Program-made: the position numbers and the translations under genes
Assembly (NCBI GenBank): GCA_900768915.1
Contig: CAAGEQ010000010.1
Location: 45,963-109,962 of the forward strand
Reading direction: 5' to 3'
DNA: 64,000 nucleotides
Source: Candidatus Gastranaerophilales bacterium
GTDB taxonomy: Bacteria; Cyanobacteriota; Vampirovibrionia; Gastranaerophilales; Gastranaerophilaceae
The notes under the pieces: generated by a model
The model's database searches: none
What the model saw: the letters and a program-made list of their open reading frames with translations, nothing else
What the model was told of the DNA's origin: nothing
In this document: in pieces, positions 47,713 to 56,915 of the stretch
Position numbering within the stretch: the stretch's first letter is position 1
Layout: every line of letters begins with the position of its first letter

Positions 47713-48462
47713 ATGTTTGATACTTTAAAATTAAAATTTTTTCAAGGAAATCAATTTATAAAAGATATTGAAAATGCACCAATGAGAGATGCATTTAGAG
47801 GATTTCCTATTTTAAATGATAAAGTTGATTGTTCTGGATTGGAAAATGTTTGTCCAACAGGTGCGTTATCAACTAATCCATTATGTATTGATATGGGTAA
47901 ATGTACATTTTGTGGTAAATGTGCAAGATGTTCAGAAGCAGTTAAATTTACGAATGGATACAAATTAACATCATCTTCTAGAGATAAATTAATTGTTAAA
48001 CCTGATATGACTTATGAAGAATATCAAAAAACTGCAGTTGAAGTTAAAAAAGAAATTGTCAAAGTGTTTGGTAAATCTTTGAAGTTAAGACAAGTTTCAG
48101 CAGGTGGTTGTAATGGCTGCGAAATGGAATTGAATGCTTGTTCAAATTGTAATTTTGATATGGGTAGATTTGGTATTGATTTTGTTGCATCTCCTCGTCA
48201 TGCTGATGGTTTAGTTATTACTGGTCCAATTTCAGAAAATATGGCTTATGCTTTAGAAGATTGTTATAAATCGACACCTGATCCTAAAATAGTAATTTTA
48301 TGTGGTGCTTGTGCTATTAGTGGTGGTATATTTCAACACGCAGACAAATTAAATAGAGAATTTTTGGATAAGTATCCTATAGATTTGTATATTCCAGGTT
48401 GTCCAACTCATCCACTTACATTTATTAATGGTGTGTTGAGTTATATAAAAAATAAGAAGTAA
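47713..48462 (+). CDS. NuoB/HycG-like small subunit fused to an N-terminal ferredoxin-like segment
   Basis: N-terminus CPTGAL...CTFCGKCARC. NuoB part has GGCNGCEMEL, CGACAISGG, PGCPTHP, so all four proximal-cluster Cys are present. Confidence 0.8.
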   Translation: MFDTLKLKFFQGNQFIKDIENAPMRDAFRGFPILNDKVDCSGLENVCPTGALSTNPLCIDMGKCTFCGKCARCSEAVKFTNGYKLTSSSRDKLIVKPDMTYEEYQKTAVEVKKEIVKVFGKSLKLRQVSAGGCNGCEMELNACSNCNFDMGRFGIDFVASPRHADGLVITGPISENMAYALEDCYKSTPDPKIVILCGACAISGGIFQHADKLNREFLDKYPIDLYIPGCPTHPLTFINGVLSYIKNKK

Positions 48463-48477
48463 GATACATAAATGATT

Positions 48478-48515
48478 AAAAAACTCTACTAAATTTATTT
48501 AGTAGAGTTTTTTTT
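48478..48515 (+). terminator. Intrinsic terminator after the hyf-like operon
   Basis: 16-bp stem (AAAAAACTCTACTAAA / TTTAGTAGAGTTTTTT), 4-nt loop, T8 tail, 16 nt after the stop. Confidence 0.7.
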
Positions 48516-48529
48516 AATAATTGTAAAAA

Positions 48530-48571
48530 ATAATGTATGAAATAACAAAATTTTGTTATTTCATACATTAT
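48530..48571. repeat. 42-bp perfect palindrome
   Basis: ATAATGTATGAAATAACAAAA|TTTTGTTATTTCATACATTAT checked base by base; A-run upstream and T5 downstream. Confidence 0.9.
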
Positions 48572-48601
48572 ACTTTTTGTAAATACTAGTATGGTGTAAA
48601 A

Positions 48602-49843
48602 ATGGTTAAAGCTGTTTCTTTCGGTAATCCGTTAAGAAAATTATATAATTGTTTAAAAAATCAAAAGAAACCGAAATCTCAATATGAACTTTTGGAGAAA
48701 ACTAAAAATTTGCCAGTAAAAAATTTTCCTGCTGGTTCTTGGACTTTGCCTGTTGGGGCTAAGACATTTACTAGGGTTCAGATTGGTAAAAAATTAGATG
48801 AAAGTTATCATAGAGAAGTTGTTACTTTTTATGATGATAAAAATAAAATAATAAAAAGGTGCTTTAAGGGCACTGGTATGAATAAGAAAATTAGAGAGTA
48901 TGAATATGATTTTACATTACCACCAAAAAATACGGATATTGGTGGTGCTTATGGTGTTAATATTAGAAGAATAAAAACAAAAGAGGCATTTCCGGAATCT
49001 TATGATGTATCAAATTATTTTGTATGGACTGATACGGTAAATGAAGAACAGTTCGTTGCAATAATGTTTGATAAAAGGAGAGGAGCAAAACTTGCACGAA
49101 AAATACATATAAATAAAAACGAATACTCTTATGGAGAAGATTTAGATGGGATTAAAGCGACTTGTATTGAGTATCCAATAAATTTAGGTTTTGAACCTAA
49201 AACTAATAAAAAAGTTTTATCTGTTGATATTTCAGTTTCTAATAACAATGTTAACAATACACGAATCAATTCTGAAACAAATGTTAAGGTTGATGAAAAT
49301 GATGTGTTTTTACCTTATCGATTGATGTTAGGTAAAGGAAAACAAGAAAGATTAGCACAATATTTTTTGAATAAAAAAGGGCTTGGAGATAAAGGTATTT
49401 TTATAGAAACTAATCCAGAAAGAGTTCAAGGAAATGCATCTGCGTATTTTTCATCATCTAGTAGGGAAATCGTTTTTAAAAATGTATTATTGGGATATCA
49501 CCCAGTTAGGACTGCTGCTCATGAAGCAGAGCATGCTTATCAGCATTGTCAGGTTGGTCGTTTAGGAAGAGCTGAGACTGCTTATGAAAAAGAGTGTGCA
49601 TTAACAAAAGGTAATCTAACAAATATTTCTGAAATAGAAGAAGCCATAAAATATGCTGATGCAAGAAAATGTTATCCTGATACAATTGGGATAGAAGATT
49701 TAAGTAAATGCAAAGAATATAAAGAAAATTATCTAGAGATTAAAGCAAATGAAGCAGGTGCTAATGCTTTAAAAATTTATGAAGTAGGTAGAACGGCATT
49801 AAAAAATATTTTCAAATTTGTAACTAGTTATAATTCTTTTTAG
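48602..49843 (+). CDS. Orphan protein with an HExxH motif (putative metallopeptidase)
   Basis: TAAHEAEHAYQH in the C-terminal third. N-terminus MVKAVSFGN carries the leader motif. No signal peptide. Confidence 0.5.
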   Translation: MVKAVSFGNPLRKLYNCLKNQKKPKSQYELLEKTKNLPVKNFPAGSWTLPVGAKTFTRVQIGKKLDESYHREVVTFYDDKNKIIKRCFKGTGMNKKIREYEYDFTLPPKNTDIGGAYGVNIRRIKTKEAFPESYDVSNYFVWTDTVNEEQFVAIMFDKRRGAKLARKIHINKNEYSYGEDLDGIKATCIEYPINLGFEPKTNKKVLSVDISVSNNNVNNTRINSETNVKVDENDVFLPYRLMLGKGKQERLAQYFLNKKGLGDKGIFIETNPERVQGNASAYFSSSSREIVFKNVLLGYHPVRTAAHEAEHAYQHCQVGRLGRAETAYEKECALTKGNLTNISEIEEAIKYADARKCYPDTIGIEDLSKCKEYKENYLEIKANEAGANALKIYEVGRTALKNIFKFVTSYNSF

Positions 49844-49935
49844 TTTTTAAACTTCTGTTAAATAATTGTATAAAATAGTTTGTTTGATATAAAATAAAGA
49901 AAAATAGTGGAATAAGATAAAGGGAGAATATTAAT

Positions 49936-51306
49936 ATGGAACGTCAGCATCCTAAAGAACAAGATAAAATTCAACGTAGAAGTAATTTTGATGCAGTTGA
50001 AGAAAATTTTACACCAGAACAAGCATTAGCAGAAGCATCAAGATGCTTGAATTGTAAAAATCCTCGTTGTGTGAAAGGTTGCCCTGTAAATATTCATATT
50101 CCTGAATTTATACATGAAGTAAAAGAAGGTAATTTGGATAAGGCTGGTGAAATTATCCGTCAAACAAGTATGTTACCATCAGTTTGTGGTCGTGTTTGTC
50201 CACAAGAAAGACAATGTGAAGGTAATTGTGTATTAGGTATTAAAGGTGAAGCAGTTGCTATTGGTGCTTTAGAAAGATATGTCGGTGATAATACATCTGC
50301 TAAACAAACTGAAATTAAACCATCTGGTAAAAAGGTTGCTGTAGTTGGTTCAGGTTGTGCAGGTATTACAGCAGCATCTGATTTGAGAAAAGCAGGTCAT
50401 GAAGTTGTTGTATTTGAAGCATTACACAAATTAGGTGGTGTACTTAGATATGGTATTCCTCCATTCCGTTTACCAAGAGTTGTTCTTGATAAAGAAATTG
50501 ATAACTTAAAGGCAATGGGTGTTGAATTTAAGAAAAATGTTATTGTTGGTAAATCAATTACATTAAAACAACTTCAAGAAGATGGTTTTGATGCAATCTT
50601 TATTTGTTCAGGTGCTGGTCTTCCAAAAATGATGAGAATTCCTGGTGAAAACTTGAATGGTGTTTTCTCTGCAAATGAATTCTTGACTCGTGTAAACCTT
50701 ATGCAAGCGAATGATGAAACTACTGCTACACCACTTAAAGTTGGTAAAAAAGTTGCAGTTATCGGTGGTGGTAATGTTGCAATGGACGCAGCTAGAACTT
50801 CTGTTCGTGTAGGTTTTGAAGAAGTTTATATTGTATATAGAAGAACTGAAAAAGAACTTCCTGCTCGTTTGGAAGAAATTAGACATGCCAAAGAAGAAGG
50901 TGTTGTATTCAAATTCTTACATTCACCTGTTGAAATTTTAGATAAAGATGGTTATGTTGCTGGCATGAAGTTTGAGTTATGTGAACTTGGTGAACCTGAT
51001 GAATCAGGACGTAGAAAACCTGTTGGTACTGGCGAATATGTTGTATTAGATGTTGATACTGTAATTGTTGCATTAGGTACTGGTCCTAATCCAATTATTC
51101 AATCTTCAGCACATGATGATGGTATTGATTTCGATACTGATAAGAGAGGCTATTTCACTGTTGATGAAGAAACTCGTGAAACATCTGTTTCAAAAATCTT
51201 TGCAGGTGGTGATGTTGCTCCAGTAGGAACGTCAAATGCTATTAATGCTATGGGTGCAGGTAAGAAAGCAGCAAAAGCAATCAATGAATATCTTGCAAAA
51301 ATATAG
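49936..51306 (+). CDS. NADPH-dependent glutamate synthase small-chain-like oxidoreductase (GltD/SudA family)
   Basis: N-terminal Cys clusters CLNCKNPRCVKGCP and CGRVCPQERQCEGNC; two Rossmann motifs VAVVGSGCAG and VAVIGGGNVAMD. Confidence 0.85.
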   Translation: MERQHPKEQDKIQRRSNFDAVEENFTPEQALAEASRCLNCKNPRCVKGCPVNIHIPEFIHEVKEGNLDKAGEIIRQTSMLPSVCGRVCPQERQCEGNCVLGIKGEAVAIGALERYVGDNTSAKQTEIKPSGKKVAVVGSGCAGITAASDLRKAGHEVVVFEALHKLGGVLRYGIPPFRLPRVVLDKEIDNLKAMGVEFKKNVIVGKSITLKQLQEDGFDAIFICSGAGLPKMMRIPGENLNGVFSANEFLTRVNLMQANDETTATPLKVGKKVAVIGGGNVAMDAARTSVRVGFEEVYIVYRRTEKELPARLEEIRHAKEEGVVFKFLHSPVEILDKDGYVAGMKFELCELGEPDESGRRKPVGTGEYVVLDVDTVIVALGTGPNPIIQSSAHDDGIDFDTDKRGYFTVDEETRETSVSKIFAGGDVAPVGTSNAINAMGAGKKAAKAINEYLAKI

Positions 51307-52372
51307 TATAAAAGTTTTAACAATATTTTGTATAATACAGGCATTATTTTTGATGCCTGTATTTGCAATTGATTTGGATTCTACTGTTAATGATAGTTCA
51401 AGAAAGAATTATACAGTTCCTAAAAAAACTGTGCAACCAAATATTGAAACGACAAAACAAATTACAAATACTGTTCAATCTGGTGCAAAATCTGTCATAG
51501 AAGTTGTACCACAAACACCAGTATCTACTCAAGTAATAGAAAAAACAGTTTTACCAGCAGTTCCAGCATTGCCTCAAAAGGCATATAGTTCTACTGCTGC
51601 TCATACAAATACTCAATATAGCGGTAAAGTTCCTAATGCTGATGCAATTATTCCTTGTTCAAACATAAAAGTTGGTGATTTGATTATTGATGAATCTTAT
51701 GCAAAGAAAAAGCCTACTATTGTAACAACATCAAAACAAAAAACTGTTACTTATCAACCATCTAAAAAAACAATTGCTAGTGCAAACTATCGTTATGTAA
51801 AATTACCACAAGGTACTCAAATTAGAGCGATTAATTCTTCTAAAATTACAGATTATATGTTCGAGGGACAAAAATTAACGTTCTTGACTACTCAAGAAAT
51901 TTATACTCCGTATTTTAGAATTCCTGCAAAAACGAAATTAACAGCAAAAATAGTTGATTCTCATAGACCTCAAATGTCTTGTAATGGTGGTTTGGTTGCA
52001 TTTAGAATCGTTTCAGCACAGATTAATGGTTATACTCAACCATTAAATGCTGGTATTATAAAAATAAAAACAGATAGAGTTTATTTTAGTAATTTGAAAG
52101 GTAATCATACATATTGGAAAACGACCTGTAAAAAGGCTAAATGGGGACAGAAAATATTTACAAAATGGTCTAGAACATCTTCTAAGTTGGCATCAAAAGG
52201 ACCTGCAATAATATTGTCACCATTCCCTTATTTGGGTGGTTGTGTATTGGCTGCTGCAAGTACAGTAACTTCACCAGTTACTGCATTGTTAGGTAAAGGT
52301 GGAAGTCTTGTTGTACCAGCAAATACTACGTTTACTATAAAATTATATGAGGATGCGAAGATAAGATACTAA
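51284..52372 (+). CDS. Secreted hypothetical protein
   Basis: The internal ATG gives a signal peptide MNILQKYSIKVLTIFCIIQALFLMPVFA|ID. The ORF-track start at 51236 would lie deep inside gltD. Confidence 0.55.
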   Translation: MNILQKYSIKVLTIFCIIQALFLMPVFAIDLDSTVNDSSRKNYTVPKKTVQPNIETTKQITNTVQSGAKSVIEVVPQTPVSTQVIEKTVLPAVPALPQKAYSSTAAHTNTQYSGKVPNADAIIPCSNIKVGDLIIDESYAKKKPTIVTTSKQKTVTYQPSKKTIASANYRYVKLPQGTQIRAINSSKITDYMFEGQKLTFLTTQEIYTPYFRIPAKTKLTAKIVDSHRPQMSCNGGLVAFRIVSAQINGYTQPLNAGIIKIKTDRVYFSNLKGNHTYWKTTCKKAKWGQKIFTKWSRTSSKLASKGPAIILSPFPYLGGCVLAAASTVTSPVTALLGKGGSLVVPANTTFTIKLYEDAKIRY

Positions 52373-52375
52373 GTA

Positions 52376-52795
52376 TTACATATCCATCATGAAACTTGGT
52401 ACATCGGTGTGCATAGCAACTTCGTCTGCATCTTGTAGTAAACCAACTGTGATTTTTTGTTGTTTTTGTAGGCTTTTTATTTCTGCTGAAACGTTACCAT
52501 TGAAAATGTTTTCATTTGCTTCAAAATAATCAATAATAGGCTTGATTGGTGCCATTGCTAAATCTTGGAATGTCTTTTTGATTAAAGTTTGAGTTCTAAC
52601 ACCAATAGGGTTTTGTGGAACTCTAACATTTAAACCAAATGGTCTTGGAGCACGTTTCCAACTGTGTGAATATTCAGTACTGTTCGCACCAGCACCGTTA
52701 ACTTTTTCAATGTTAGTATTGTTGGATACTTGATATTGATTATTATATGATGCTGATGAATCACCAGCATTTAAGTTGTTAAACATTTCTGCCAT
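52376..52795 (-). CDS. Hypothetical protein (139 aa)
   Basis: ORF only; no motif recognised. Confidence 0.4.
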   Translation of the reverse strand: MAEMFNNLNAGDSSASYNNQYQVSNNTNIEKVNGAGANSTEYSHSWKRAPRPFGLNVRVPQNPIGVRTQTLIKKTFQDLAMAPIKPIIDYFEANENIFNGNVSAEIKSLQKQQKITVGLLQDADEVAMHTDVPSFMMDM

Positions 52796-53001
52796 AATAT
52801 TTATCCCTAATTACATTATGTAACTACGGCTCCCTTCTATTGAATCTTTAATAAAATCTTTCAATTTTTCAGTTTTTGTTACAAATATTTACAGTAAAAA
52901 TATTTTAAAGAAAAAATGTTTATATTTTAAAATGATAAAATTTTTGTCTTTAAAAAAAATATTGTTATAATATTAAGTATGGATAAATGGAGTGAGTTGT
53001 T

Positions 53002-53670
53002 ATGAAAAAGTTATTGATATTATCATTATGCATAATAATGTTAGGTTTACCGTCTTTTGCAAAAAAGACAATTCCAGTTCCTCCTAGTGTGAAGTTGCCT
53101 GCAAAGTATTCACAAACTTACATTGATAATATTGCAGATGAATATAATAGTGTTACAAATAATGAGTTATTATTTGTTGCATTAGATATGTTAAAGGGTA
53201 CAGATGGGGATTTTTCAAGAAAAGCAATTCTTGGTTATAATTTGAGTGGTTATCCAATTAAAATTGAATTTAAAGATTTAGCATCTGTAAACAAAGCCTA
53301 TGCGAACTTTGATGCTGTTGGTTGGAAACGTAAGAAAAAGTTGTTTATATATATAAATCCTAAACATCAAGCAGCACCTCCTGCTGCATTGGCTGCGTTA
53401 TTATCACATGAAGCCTTGCATCAAGATGAATATAATTCATTGAGTGAAGAAACTTTTGCTTGGACAATGGAAGCAGTTGTTTGGATCGATTTATTAGAAA
53501 TTTATCCTGAATGTAATGTCGAAAGTAATGCTCTTGTTAAACGTGAGAATACTTTGAAAAAATTGTTTGAAAAGGGTAATAATTCTCCAAAATATATTAA
53601 AAAATCTGTTTATCAAAATAAAGGTTATCAGGGTTTACCATTAACTTCTCCAGGTTTTCAAGAATTGTAG
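53002..53670 (+). CDS. Secreted protein with an HExxH motif
   Basis: Signal peptide MKKLLILSLCIIMLGLPSFA; motif LLSHEALHQDE. Confidence 0.55.
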   Translation: MKKLLILSLCIIMLGLPSFAKKTIPVPPSVKLPAKYSQTYIDNIADEYNSVTNNELLFVALDMLKGTDGDFSRKAILGYNLSGYPIKIEFKDLASVNKAYANFDAVGWKRKKKLFIYINPKHQAAPPAALAALLSHEALHQDEYNSLSEETFAWTMEAVVWIDLLEIYPECNVESNALVKRENTLKKLFEKGNNSPKYIKKSVYQNKGYQGLPLTSPGFQEL

Positions 53671-53768
53671 TTTTGTATAGTCAATCATTAAGAAAAAGTA
53701 AACTTTTCTTGTATATCGCCCTTGATAAACTATAATATAATTGTAAAATATTGTAGGGGGAGGTTATT

Positions 53769-54326
53769 ATGTCTAATCCTTTTAAACAAGATGACGCAGA
53801 TGAAAATATAGAAACTCAAGATGTTGCAGTTGAAGAAGTTTCAACTGAAGAACAACAAGTTGAAGAAAATGTTGATGAAAAATCAGATTGGCAAAAAAAA
53901 TATGAAGAGTTAAATAATCAATATATTAGACTTGCTGCTGATTTTGATAATTATAGAAAACGTCAAGCACAAGAACGTGAAAATTTATTGAAATATGGTG
54001 CTGAAAATACTTTGAAAAAGATATTAGAAGTTCTTGATAATTTTGAACGTGGTGCAAAAGCAAATGAAACTGTTGAAGATTGTGAAAAGGTTAAAGAAAG
54101 TTTTAATCTTATCCATAAGCAACTTATTGATGTTTTGACAAAATCTGGTTTGGAATTAATTGATGCTCAAGGTCAAGAATTTGATCCTAATTTCCATGAA
54201 GCAGTTATGCAAACTCCAACAAATGATTATCCGGAACATACAATTATTGCAGAATTACAAAAAGGTTATAAGATGGGAGACCGTGTTCTTCGCCCTGCAT
54301 TAGTTAATGTGGCTACAGCAGAATAA
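53769..54326 (+). CDS. grpE: Nucleotide exchange factor GrpE
   Basis: RLAADFDNYRKR, LEVLDNFERG, FDPNFHEAV, GYKMGDRVLRPALV. Confidence 0.92.
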   Translation: MSNPFKQDDADENIETQDVAVEEVSTEEQQVEENVDEKSDWQKKYEELNNQYIRLAADFDNYRKRQAQERENLLKYGAENTLKKILEVLDNFERGAKANETVEDCEKVKESFNLIHKQLIDVLTKSGLELIDAQGQEFDPNFHEAVMQTPTNDYPEHTIIAELQKGYKMGDRVLRPALVNVATAE

Positions 54327-54341
54327 TATAAAGAGAAAACG

Positions 54342-55466
54342 ATGACGGATTATTATGAAATACTTGGTGTGTCAAAAGACGCAACAAAAGATGAGATAAA
54401 AAGTGCTTTTCGTAAGATGGCAAGAAAGTTGCACCCAGATGTTAACAAAGCACCTGATGCAGAAGAAAAATTTAAAGAATTAGGTAAAGCATACGAAACT
54501 TTAATGGACGATAACAAACGTTCTACTTATGATAGATTTGGTGAAGAAGGTCTAAATAATGCTGGATTTAGTTCTCAAGGCCCATTCGCTGAAGGTTTTG
54601 GTGATTTGAATGATATATTTGAATCATTCTTTGGTGGTTTTGGTTTTGGGGGAAGTCGTCATGTCGATCCAAATGCTCCTCAACGTGGAGAAAATTTAAG
54701 ACTTGATGTAGAAATTGAGTTTGAAGAGGCTGTATTTGGTGTAGAAAAAGAAATCAAAATTGATCATTTAGAAGTATGCGAAACTTGTCATGGTACTGGT
54801 GCAAAAGAAGGTTCTGAACCTGTTACTTGTACAGTTTGTGGTGGACGTGGGCAAGTTCAACAATCTACTCGAACTATTTTGGGTAATATTTCTCAAATAA
54901 TTACTTGTCCAAAATGTCACGGTAAAGGTAAAATTATTGCTGAGCCTTGTAAGGATTGTAAGGGTGAAGGTAGAAAAGAAGTTGAGAAGAAAATAGAAAT
55001 TAAGATTCCTCAAGGTGTTGATAATGGTTCTAAAATGAGATTATCACACGAGGGTGATGCTGGTATAAATGGTGGGCCGGCAGGTGATTTGTATGTAGTA
55101 ATTCATGTTAAACCTTCTGAATATTATCATAGAGAAGATATGAATGTTTATACAAATACTGTTATTACTCCATCACAAGCAGCATTGGGTGATAGTGTAG
55201 AAATTAAAACTCTTGATGGACAAAAATCAATTAGCATTCCCGCAGGTTTACAAAGCGGTGATAAAATAAAAATTAAAGGTGCCGGTGTGCCTAGTATTGC
55301 TAATCATTCCATGAGAGGTGATCATATTGTTATTGTAACTGTAAAAACACCAACTCATATTTCAAATGAAGAAAAAGCATTATATGAAAAGTTGTATGAA
55401 CTCCAAAACGGAAAGAAACGTGAAAAACAATCCGTTAAAGAAAAAATAAAAGGAGCTTTTAGATGA
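54342..55466 (+). CDS. dnaJ: Molecular chaperone DnaJ
   Basis: J domain DYYEILGV...KLHPDVN, G/F region, four CxxCxGxG repeats (CETCHGTG, CTVCGGRG, CPKCHGKG, CKDCKGEG). Confidence 0.95.
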   Translation: MTDYYEILGVSKDATKDEIKSAFRKMARKLHPDVNKAPDAEEKFKELGKAYETLMDDNKRSTYDRFGEEGLNNAGFSSQGPFAEGFGDLNDIFESFFGGFGFGGSRHVDPNAPQRGENLRLDVEIEFEEAVFGVEKEIKIDHLEVCETCHGTGAKEGSEPVTCTVCGGRGQVQQSTRTILGNISQIITCPKCHGKGKIIAEPCKDCKGEGRKEVEKKIEIKIPQGVDNGSKMRLSHEGDAGINGGPAGDLYVVIHVKPSEYYHREDMNVYTNTVITPSQAALGDSVEIKTLDGQKSISIPAGLQSGDKIKIKGAGVPSIANHSMRGDHIVIVTVKTPTHISNEEKALYEKLYELQNGKKREKQSVKEKIKGAFR

Positions 55467-56914
55467 TGAAAAAATTATTGGGAATATTTTTTGTTCTAGT
55501 ATTGTCTGTGACATCTGTGTTTGCGGCGAAGTTGCCGACAGATGTTCAAGTATATTTGAAGAAGAATATTTCTGGTATTGATATTAGGTTCGACGGGGTT
55601 ATAATTCTTCCAGATGGAACATTGTATCTTCCTCTTTATCCTGCATCATTTAAAAAGCCTGACAAATTAGAGATTGCTGAAACTTACCCTAGTGGTGTTG
55701 GTATCAATGCAAAACCTGATGTTGTTATTTTTAATAATGATTTCGTATTATTAAAGGTTCTAACAAATGCTAATGGCAAAAAGACTGTTAAAAGATTTGA
55801 TAAACCTCCAATTTTGGTTAAGACCGGTGTGTTGCCTCAAGATATGTTAGTGCCGAATGGTTTAATTATTCCAGAAAATCTGAAAGGAATTATTGGTAAT
55901 TTAGATATTCAATTATCTCCAGAACAAGATATAAAAGTTGCTGCTGAAACTTTCACAAGTGCAAGAGTAAATGAAGCAAATAAGAATAGAAAATATACAA
56001 ATTCTTCAACAGTTGCTCAATTAAAGGATAAAAATTTGTATATGGTAACAGCATATTCAAAGAATATATCTGTAGTTAATGGCGAATCTTTAAAAGCGGA
56101 TTATGCATTATCACAAGTTGCAACTCCAATTGATGCAAAACTTACTAAAGATGGTAAATTTTTGTTAGTAACTGCGTATGATAGTACTTTGGTTAATGTT
56201 ATTTCAATCGCTGATGATAGAATAATCAAACAACTTGATTTAACTACTCAAGGTGGTGAAATTGTTATGGATTATGCTAATAACAAGGCATTTATTGCAT
56301 CGCCTAATGCTTCTACGATTTATGTGTTAGATACATCTAATATGACACTTGTTCAAAGAATTAAAATCAATGGAATGTGTGAAAAATTGACTTTAAATGG
56401 TGATTATTTATTATATGTTGATAAGTTGAGTGATAATGTTTGGTCTATGGAAATAGCAAATAATTATACTCTTAAGAATTTAGGTAATTTCCCAAATGTT
56501 TCAAAAGTGATATTTAATAATGGTATTGTATATCTTTCAAGTAGAACAAAAAATAGAATTGCTGTGTTAGATTATAATACAAAACAATTGTTAACAGAGT
56601 TTGAAACAGTTGAAAAACCTATTGATATGCTGATACATAATAATTCATTATATATTTTGGGTGCAAAAGATAATAAAATTCAAGTTGTTAGTTTAGAAGA
56701 TTGTGAACCAGTTGGTATGATAAATATTGGTGGTGATGGATTTTCTACTAAATTTTGTCTTATACCTGAATCAAATTTAGTAATTGTATCTGATACAAAA
56801 TTAAGTAAATATTCAATAATTGATTTGAATACAAATAAAGTTGTGAAAACAAATGGTACAGAATTACCTGTAAATAATATTATTGTAGGAAAGAAAATTA
56901 AGAAGATAAATTAG
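55463..56914 (+). CDS. Secreted beta-propeller (YVTN-like repeat) protein
   Basis: Signal peptide MMKKLLGIFFVLVLSVTSVFA. About six ~40-aa repeats of the type ..LLVTAYDSTLVNVISIADDRII... 4-nt overlap with dnaJ. Confidence 0.55.
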   Translation: MMKKLLGIFFVLVLSVTSVFAAKLPTDVQVYLKKNISGIDIRFDGVIILPDGTLYLPLYPASFKKPDKLEIAETYPSGVGINAKPDVVIFNNDFVLLKVLTNANGKKTVKRFDKPPILVKTGVLPQDMLVPNGLIIPENLKGIIGNLDIQLSPEQDIKVAAETFTSARVNEANKNRKYTNSSTVAQLKDKNLYMVTAYSKNISVVNGESLKADYALSQVATPIDAKLTKDGKFLLVTAYDSTLVNVISIADDRIIKQLDLTTQGGEIVMDYANNKAFIASPNASTIYVLDTSNMTLVQRIKINGMCEKLTLNGDYLLYVDKLSDNVWSMEIANNYTLKNLGNFPNVSKVIFNNGIVYLSSRTKNRIAVLDYNTKQLLTEFETVEKPIDMLIHNNSLYILGAKDNKIQVVSLEDCEPVGMINIGGDGFSTKFCLIPESNLVIVSDTKLSKYSIIDLNTNKVVKTNGTELPVNNIIVGKKIKKIN

Positions 56915-56915
56915 T

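Noticed and set aside
51236-51283. The longer ORF-track start (51236) for the secreted protein
   Set aside because: It would put 71 nt inside gltD and add a non-signal N-terminus. The ATG at 51284 gives a typical signal peptide.
53671-53768. CIRCE heat-shock operator upstream of grpE
   Set aside because: No TTAGCACTC-N9-GAGTGCTAA-like inverted repeat is present in the spacer.
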